Below, one piece after another: positions 57,462 to 63,846 of a stretch of DNA of 63,846 nt. The stretch comes from Vitrella brassicaformis CCMP3155 (lineage: Eukaryota > Protista > Chromerida). The notes below the pieces were generated by a model. It saw only the letters and a program-made list of their open reading frames with translations. It was not told the DNA's origin and ran no database searches. A program made the translations under genes and the position numbers. The stretch lies in the NCBI GenBank assembly GCA_001179505.1, contig CDMY01000251.1:1-63846 (forward strand), given 5' to 3'. Each line of letters begins with the position of its first letter. Position 1 is the stretch's first letter.

Positions 57462-58578
57462 TGTGTTGATCAGGTGTGCCATTGTCATCCCTGCAGGAGC
57501 CCTCAGACGACGAGCAGGACCGATCCCTCCCGCAACGGCCGTCGGCACCGCCACAAGCCGCGACATCCGCCGACAGGGGGGAGGACACACTGCCACCCGG
57601 GCAGGGCAGGAGAATAAGGGGAGCGAGGCAAGCGGCTGCAACATCAGAGTGGCGGACGGAGCTGGAGCCGCCTGTCCAGGCCGCCAGAGAGAGGCCGCAG
57701 GAGAGAAAGTGAGCTTCTAATATAGTAGGGAGAGGCAAGGCATGTGTGTGGCTGGTGGGTGGGTGGTAGTGTCCTTTGCCCATTTCCATGGGTGGGTGGT
57801 GTGGTGTGTGCATCTCTCTGTGAGTCTTTCTGCCTCTCTGCCTTTGTGTCTGTGCTATGTATAGGTCTGAAGGTCATGTTTATGAGTACATGGAAGACGA
57901 GGGCGTGCTGAGCGATGCCGCGGGGGTGCTCAGTGACGGCGGACACCAAAAGAAGAAAAAGAAAAAGAAAAAACGTTCGCACACACACACACACACTCCA
58001 CTGACACTGAGACAGATGTCTGTCTGTCTGTCTGCATGAAACACGTGTGCAGTGCGCCCACCAGCGACAGACGGGGAAGGCAGCCCCACAGATGAGCAGC
58101 GACACTTCTCGCCTGCACCGGTATGGCGTCTCCGCGCCTCACCCACTCCCTTTGTACGTCTGTGTGTAAATGGCTTTCACTCCTCCGTCTGTCCTTTCAG
58201 CAACCTGTTCCCTTCGCCCCTGCGGAGTCTCAGCCGGCCGTGGGCGGACCCGCACCAATGCAGGCTTCCGGTGGGGATCGATTAACTAACGAAAGAAAAC
58301 AAGAAGGGACCCGCCAATGATTGACGGATGGATGTGTGTATTTGCTTTGCGCCATGTGTCAGGATTTGGGGCGCTCAGCGAGCAGGGGCGGGCGAGGTAA
58401 GCACCACACACATACACACACACTATGTAATCTGTGTGTAGCTATGTGTGAATGTGTGAATGTGTGCAGGGTGAAGGCGGGTGTTCGCTTGGCTCCCCTT
58501 GACGCCAGGCTGCCCGCCCTGCCCACACTTAGTGGGCCGGGGACGGGCCTGCCAATGCCTCCCGGACTACTCAGGTAG
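56443..58578 (+). CDS. WW-domain protein with CEP164-like N-terminal module and a second WW domain
   Basis: ELVAYARYLGIDAVTDADLMWIAEECLKAPLPPDYTEHFDSNDRIFYYNATTRTSTWIHPLESLYR (CEP164-type helix + WW); second WW EWGEHTDSGGQLFYYNKRDGKSYWTDPRP; poly-Lys tract. Distal small exons tentative. Confidence 0.78.
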
Positions 58579-59759
58579 ACAGACAGACGGACAGGTGGAC
58601 GTCTTTGCTCTGATATCGGCTGCTAGCGAGCCCAGGACTCACATGCCGTGCCGTGCCGTGCCGTGTGTGGTGGGTGGGGGGGCGGGTGGGTCTATCTGTG
58701 TATGTGTTTTTGCGATTCCTCCTCTGCTGAAAACCTCATGACACGTACGTGGCTCTTTCTGAGTGGATGTGTGTATTCATCACCACTCGTGCGCCTGACC
58801 CGTGTCGCATGCACAATTGCATCCATCCATCCATCCATCTTGCACTCACTCTTACAAGACGCACGCAGCCCCACACAGCAAAGACTGACTGACTGACTGA
58901 CCAAATAGCGCGTAAACACACAGGACGTGGGCCAGCCTGTGTGGGTGGATGGGTGGTGCGTGCGTGCGGGCGTCATGGAAGCAGCTTCAGGCAGGCAAAA
59001 AAGTGCTCTTCCGTCCTTCGTCTCCTTGTCTGTGGCTGGGGAGGAGGGAAGAAAAGAAGAGAGGAAAAACATCATCGTCAGCAGCAGCAGCAGCAGCATC
59101 GGTACACACTTAGAAACCGGTAGCTCGCGAGCTGTCCTGTCCCTCTGTCAGCCATCCATCAATCAATTGTCCGGCCGGACACAGACACGCACACTCTCTC
59201 TCTCTCTCTCAAGCAGCCAAAACTTCCCTGGGCCTTCCTTCCCTGTCGCTTCCTTCCTTCCTCGAGTGGCACACTAGGTTAGGCTGCAACAAATATGTAC
59301 GAGTACATACATAACAGACAGGCAGGAGGGAAGGGGTTGGGCTGGGTTGGGTTGGGTTGCCTGCAGACATACAGACATACATACACAATAGCCTATCAAA
59401 ACCGCTGACAGCTTCACTGTACAATGCAGACAGACAGACAGACAGCACTCACTGACCGATACATACGAACAGCATATGAACGGGTGTCGCGGTTTCTTGC
59501 TGGTCCCCTTTGGCAAGGCAGAGGAGGGCAAACGGGGCACCGTTCCCTCAGACAAGAGGGAACACTGTCACGTATCCCCATCCCGACGGAGCAAAAAGAG
59601 CCACGCAAGAACCGAACCCACACGCATCACACCGAGAAATCCGCCATGAGAAGAGCCATACAGTAATTCAGTAGAACCGAGAATAGCCGAAAGGACGAAC
59701 CAGCCCAAAAGGCAAACCCATCCCATCCGGGTACCCTCGCTCCCTCCTCCCTCCCTCCC

Positions 59760-60131
59760 TCACTCCCCCTTGCCCTCCTTCTTCTTGTTTCTATGGTTCT
59801 TGACTTTCTTGCTGGCCCAGTTGGTGATCCAGTGGCAGTGCATGGCGAGGGAGAGCGTCACGAACACCAGCGTCACCGACAAGCGTACGTCGGCCATCCA
59901 GATGCGGTGGTAGAGAAGCAGCCCCAGCACACAGGTGTGCCACACCACACGCGTCAGCCAGAAGGCGATGCCGAACGACCAGTCGAACCGCCACGGCACG
60001 TGGATGTTGCCTGGGAGAAAGAGAGTGAGTGAGTGAGCGAGGGGACGCACACACGCACACGCACACGCAATGAAACGAACGGAAAGCATCCATGTTGGTG
60101 TCTGATGTGCAGTGCTCATCTCTCCTCTCCA

Positions 60132-60165
<34 letters not shown>

Positions 60166-60957
60166 CGTCTGTCTTCTCTTTCTCTCACCGATTCCGAGCA
60201 TGACAGTGGGTATCTCGTCGATGCCGAAGAGCATGAAGATCCACACTTGCTTGGACGCCAGAGCATACAGCATGATGACCGTATACACGCCGTGGTGCAC
60301 CCACCCAGACAGCACGTCGATCGTCCGCGGGTAGAACAGCGTCCCCAGCACGCAGTCCGTGTGCAGGGCCGCCACAAACAGCACGCACACCACCTGTAGT
60401 GCCGTCGGGTTGCTCGCAACCACCGCGCGAAACCCGGCCCCCAGCAGGTCGCCCTCTGCCAGCGTCACCGGGATGACGTAGACGCCACACACAGTGAGCA
60501 CCACCCCACTGGCCGTGGTCAGTATCCAGCCGTCAGCCTTCTGCTCGTCCTTGTACTTTGCCCCCAGGGCCCTGATAGCCATTCTGCTCACCAAGAACAC
60601 GGCCGCCTGCAGCTGCACCAGCCCGACATACCACGCGAAGAACCACGGCGAGTCGAGCATCAGCATGCTCCGCAGCGGCACGTCGCTGAAGGGCCAGATG
60701 ACGACATAGCCCACGACGCAGGCCATGAGGAACCACCCAAGTCCGACGATGGGCGAGAGGCCCTCGGCGGGAAGGGGCGACTCGTATCGCGAGTCGATGG
60801 ATGACACGGATGTGGCTGAGGGGGAGTGGGAGGGCTTGGCGGGGATCTGCAGGGACGAGAGGGGCGGCTCCAGGGCGGAGGAGGGTGCATTGGGCGTCGC
60901 CGGACGGCCGCCATTCAGCCCTGTGTGCACCACGTGGGGATTCTCACTCACTACCAT
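59760..60957 (-). CDS. TLC (TRAM/LAG1/CLN8) domain multi-pass ER membrane protein, 2 exons
   Basis: Intron 60188-60011. Motifs DCVLGTLFYP, SGWVHHGVY, EIPTVMLGIG and FGIAFWLTRV; Lys-rich tail KKKEGKGE. Confidence 0.87.
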
Positions 60958-61213
60958 GGTGAGTCAGTCAATCCGTGAATCAGTGCCGACAGACCAGACA
61001 GCAGGAAGAAGGACGGTCGCTACAATGCTGCAGACCTGCGAAGCACACCAGCAGACGCACATTTGCGGAACCGGTGAATCAATACGCACCGGGCTCTGTC
61101 TGCGTCGCATCGTTACTCACTCGTGGCGATTATATTTGCGATGGCAGTTTAGATAGATAGACTGTCGTTCTCGCCGCATTCTTCCTGTTGTCGTTCTGTC
61201 CCTCGTCGTTCCC

Positions 61214-61221
61214 AGCTCGCA
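61214..61221 (-). promoter_or_regulatory. Candidate promoter element TGCGAGCT (TTGCGAGCTG)
   Basis: AGCTCGCA on + strand in the spacer between ATGs 60957 and 61320. Confidence 0.5.
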
Positions 61222-61319
61222 AAAGGCCTAGGGTCTTCCCCCGTGAAACCGCAACAACCCACCGCGACAACCGAGACCACGAGAGCACAAGGAGAGGAAG
61301 AGATGATGTTAGTGTGATC

Positions 61320-62822
61320 ATGACCAGCGGTTTTGTGACGACGGCATTTGTCTTGGCCGTGCTAGTCCTCTCGCGTGATGCCTCTGCGCACGTCCCGCAC
61401 ATCCGGACGGCGGCGGCGAGAGATGCGGCGGAAGGCACCTCATGCGGCAACAACACCTCCTGCGGCTTCATGGCCGAGGCGCGCACACACACGGAGGAAC
61501 AGGGGTTGACCGCCGAGCAGCTCGTTGCCCCAGACACGGTGGCTGAGCAGAGGAGGTTGGGGAGGCACGAGAGGGGATCTCACGGACAAGTCTTCGGGTT
61601 TGTGCTCTTCTACGGGTACGCAGGGGGAGGAAAGGAATCTCAAGCCAACTGTGTCACTTGCTCGCTCTATCTGTGTGTGCGCGCTGCGCTGCAGGTTGTT
61701 TTTGCCCTTCCTAGTCTACGTCTTCTGGCGAAGTCGGAGATGCGCTCAACGAGGCCGCAGCGACGATGCCAATCATCCCATGCCCCTGTCACGCGTCTAC
61801 CGCCGATACGCGCAGGCACAGCAGCGAGGGGCTCTGGCATACGGCCTGAGCCGGCTAGGCCCCAGCGGCCGCTCAATCTCCCGAAGACCGAGGGGCAACA
61901 ACAATGGCGGAGGCGATGTGGCGCCGACGTACGCCATCTTTGTGTCGCCGTGTGTGTTGCCGTACGTGGCGAGCGATGGCGACAGCGTGTGGGAGGGCGA
62001 TCTGGTCGATCTGCCGGAAGAGGGCGAGATCCACAAAATGAGCGGTGAGGAAGGGAGGGCGGGCGGGGTGACTGACGTGGTTGTGCCTGGTTTGTTGTGC
62101 ATGTGGCTTGGTGAACTCGATCATGTCATGCAGGTTTGGCTGATTTTGTGGAGTGTCGCGTGGCGTCTTTCCCCGACACCATCCCCATCGAACGGATCAA
62201 CAGCACCTACTTCAAGTTCGTCGACCCCGTTGCAGCAGCAAAGGCCGATGCCGGCCAGGAGATCACCCCCACCGCCCCCACCGCCCCCTCTCTCACCGAC
62301 ACCCCCGTCCAGATCCCCACACCCGTCAACACACCCATCGGCGAGCCAGCCGCCCCCGCCCCCGCCCTCCCCGCGATACGCGTCGGCGACTCCCCCCAGG
62401 AGCTCACCCCCCTCCCAGTCTTACCGGCGAGTCAGCTGTTCGCTCCACCGATATCCGCCTCACCGTTTGGCTCCCCCAGCCACTCGCCCTCCCGCAAAGC
62501 CACATGCGGCGTGTGTTTCGCCAACACGCCCACGGCTTTGTTCGGTCCGTGTGGGCATGGCGGGTGCTGTGTGGAGTGTGCAGCGATCATCCTGGTGCTG
62601 CCGTTCACGAAAGGCCGGCGACGGTTTGAGCCGCCGTGCTGCCCCGTGTGCCGGACGCACATCGACCAGCTGCTGGTGATTGAAGAGCCGGAGCCGCCTG
62701 GGAGTGGTTGGCAGGAGGGGCAGGGGGAGGGTGAGGCAGAGGGGGAGGGAGCGAGGGAGGCTGGTGGCGGTAAGATGGCTGCTCAGGTGGTCATGGAAGT
62801 GAGATCTGTCCAGAAGGAGTGA
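61320..62822 (+). CDS. Type I membrane RING-HC (C3HC4) E3 ligase candidate, 3 exons
   Basis: Signal peptide MTSGFVTTAFVLAVLVLSRDASA; TM helix VFGFVLFYG|LFLPFLVYVFW formed across intron 61616-61694; RING CGVCFANTPTALFGPCGHGGCCVECA…CCPVCR. Confidence 0.85.
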
Positions 62823-63846
62823 CGGACGGATGTGTATGTGCCGATGGATGGATGGATGCTGTAGGATATCATCCATGGCATGGGATATATACAAGGGTGG
62901 GATATAGGGCTGGATGGGTGTGTGTTTTATTGATTGATTGATTGATTGGTGTATGTATCCTTGGGCATGTACATGCGTGCAGTGCATACCTCGTACATGT
63001 GTGTGTGTGTGGAGTTGATGGCGTGTATTTGTCGTGCCTGCATGTGTTCCCTCTCTCTCTGTCTCTCTGCGTGTGCGTGTTTTGTGTTTGTCTTTGTGTT
63101 GTGTCTGTGTGTGTGCGCGGCCCGCATGGCGACAAGGCGGGCGCCCGGGCGCTTTTTCCTGTCTCTCTCTGTCTCTCTGTCTGTCTGTGTGTTGGTGTTG
63201 CTTTGGTGATGGCACGCGTGGCCCACACGACCCTTGGTCAATCCCTCGGCTGCTGCAGCGGAAGCGTGTAAAGACCGAGTGCGGCGAGTACTGTGGGGGT
63301 TGTGTGGGGTGGGGGTGGTGTGGGTGTGTATATAGCTCAGCTCCCTGCGCGTGTGCCTGCCTTTATTTATCTGTGGTGGTGGTGGTGGTGGTGGCCTGGT
63401 TGGTTGCTGCACGGCATAGCACGGTCAACCCGTCACTCACTCACTCACTCAGCCACTCAGTCACTGACTCCACACACACACACACACACACGCATAATTC
63501 AATTCCCCGATGGACGTATGCATTCAATTCCGTTTATCGCCACGACACACATCTTGTGGTGGATGGATGGATCCATCCAGATCCACCATTACATGTGTTG
63601 TGGTGGTATTGAGCGGAATGGATGGATGGATACGGGCGGGCGGGCGACGGACGTGTTGTACAGCTAGGTGGGTGGGCGGGTCTTATGCAGTCAGTGTGTC
63701 TTATCTATCTATGTCTCTATCTATCGGTTGGCGTATCTCACCTCCCCTGCTTGGTTCGTTCTTTCTTTGTTGTGAGTTTCATGTGTTGAATGAATGACAC
63801 TGCCGTGGGATGTGGTACGATCAATCAATCGGGCGTGGGAGAGGGG

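Noticed and set aside
1-63846. tRNA, rRNA or spliced-leader genes
   Set aside because: No cloverleaf/T-loop, rRNA-conserved or dinoflagellate SL sequence found by eye; tRNAscan-SE and Infernal would be needed to exclude them.

Overview
Eukaryotic, intron-dense, GC-rich genomic window with GT/GTCT/GGAT microsatellite-filled introns. Genome style, plastid-type leaders and a RAP gene suggest a photosynthetic apicomplexan relative (chromerid, most likely Vitrella brassicaformis; this is inference). I built 22 protein-coding gene models by eye from the ORF track plus splice signals: a CsgA-like SDR, a 3xCCCH zinc-finger protein, WS/DGAT, a TAF1C/Rrn6-like propeller protein, ZNHIT3, a histidine phosphatase with signal + transit + Tat-like leader, a thioredoxin-like [2Fe-2S]-TPR protein, PAM16, an intronless RAP protein, a patatin, a GAF-HPP fusion, TMEM258/OST5, an F-box protein, a CEP164-like WW protein, a TLC protein, a TM-RING E3 and several hypotheticals. 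There is also a 300-N gap, an 11.8-kb gene-free microsatellite stretch and a possible transposon end at the left edge. No rRNA, tRNA or CRISPR was seen. The most striking signal is architectural. Genes form ten head-to-head pairs (19 of 21 neighbour pairs on opposite strands), and an octamer TGCGAGCT (consensus YTGCGAGCTK) recurs in most short divergent spacers, suggesting an undescribed bidirectional-promoter element. Some pairs share a predicted compartment (plastid/plastid, mitochondrion/mitochondrion). OST5-F-box is a candidate bicistronic unit. All exon boundaries and motif counts are manual.
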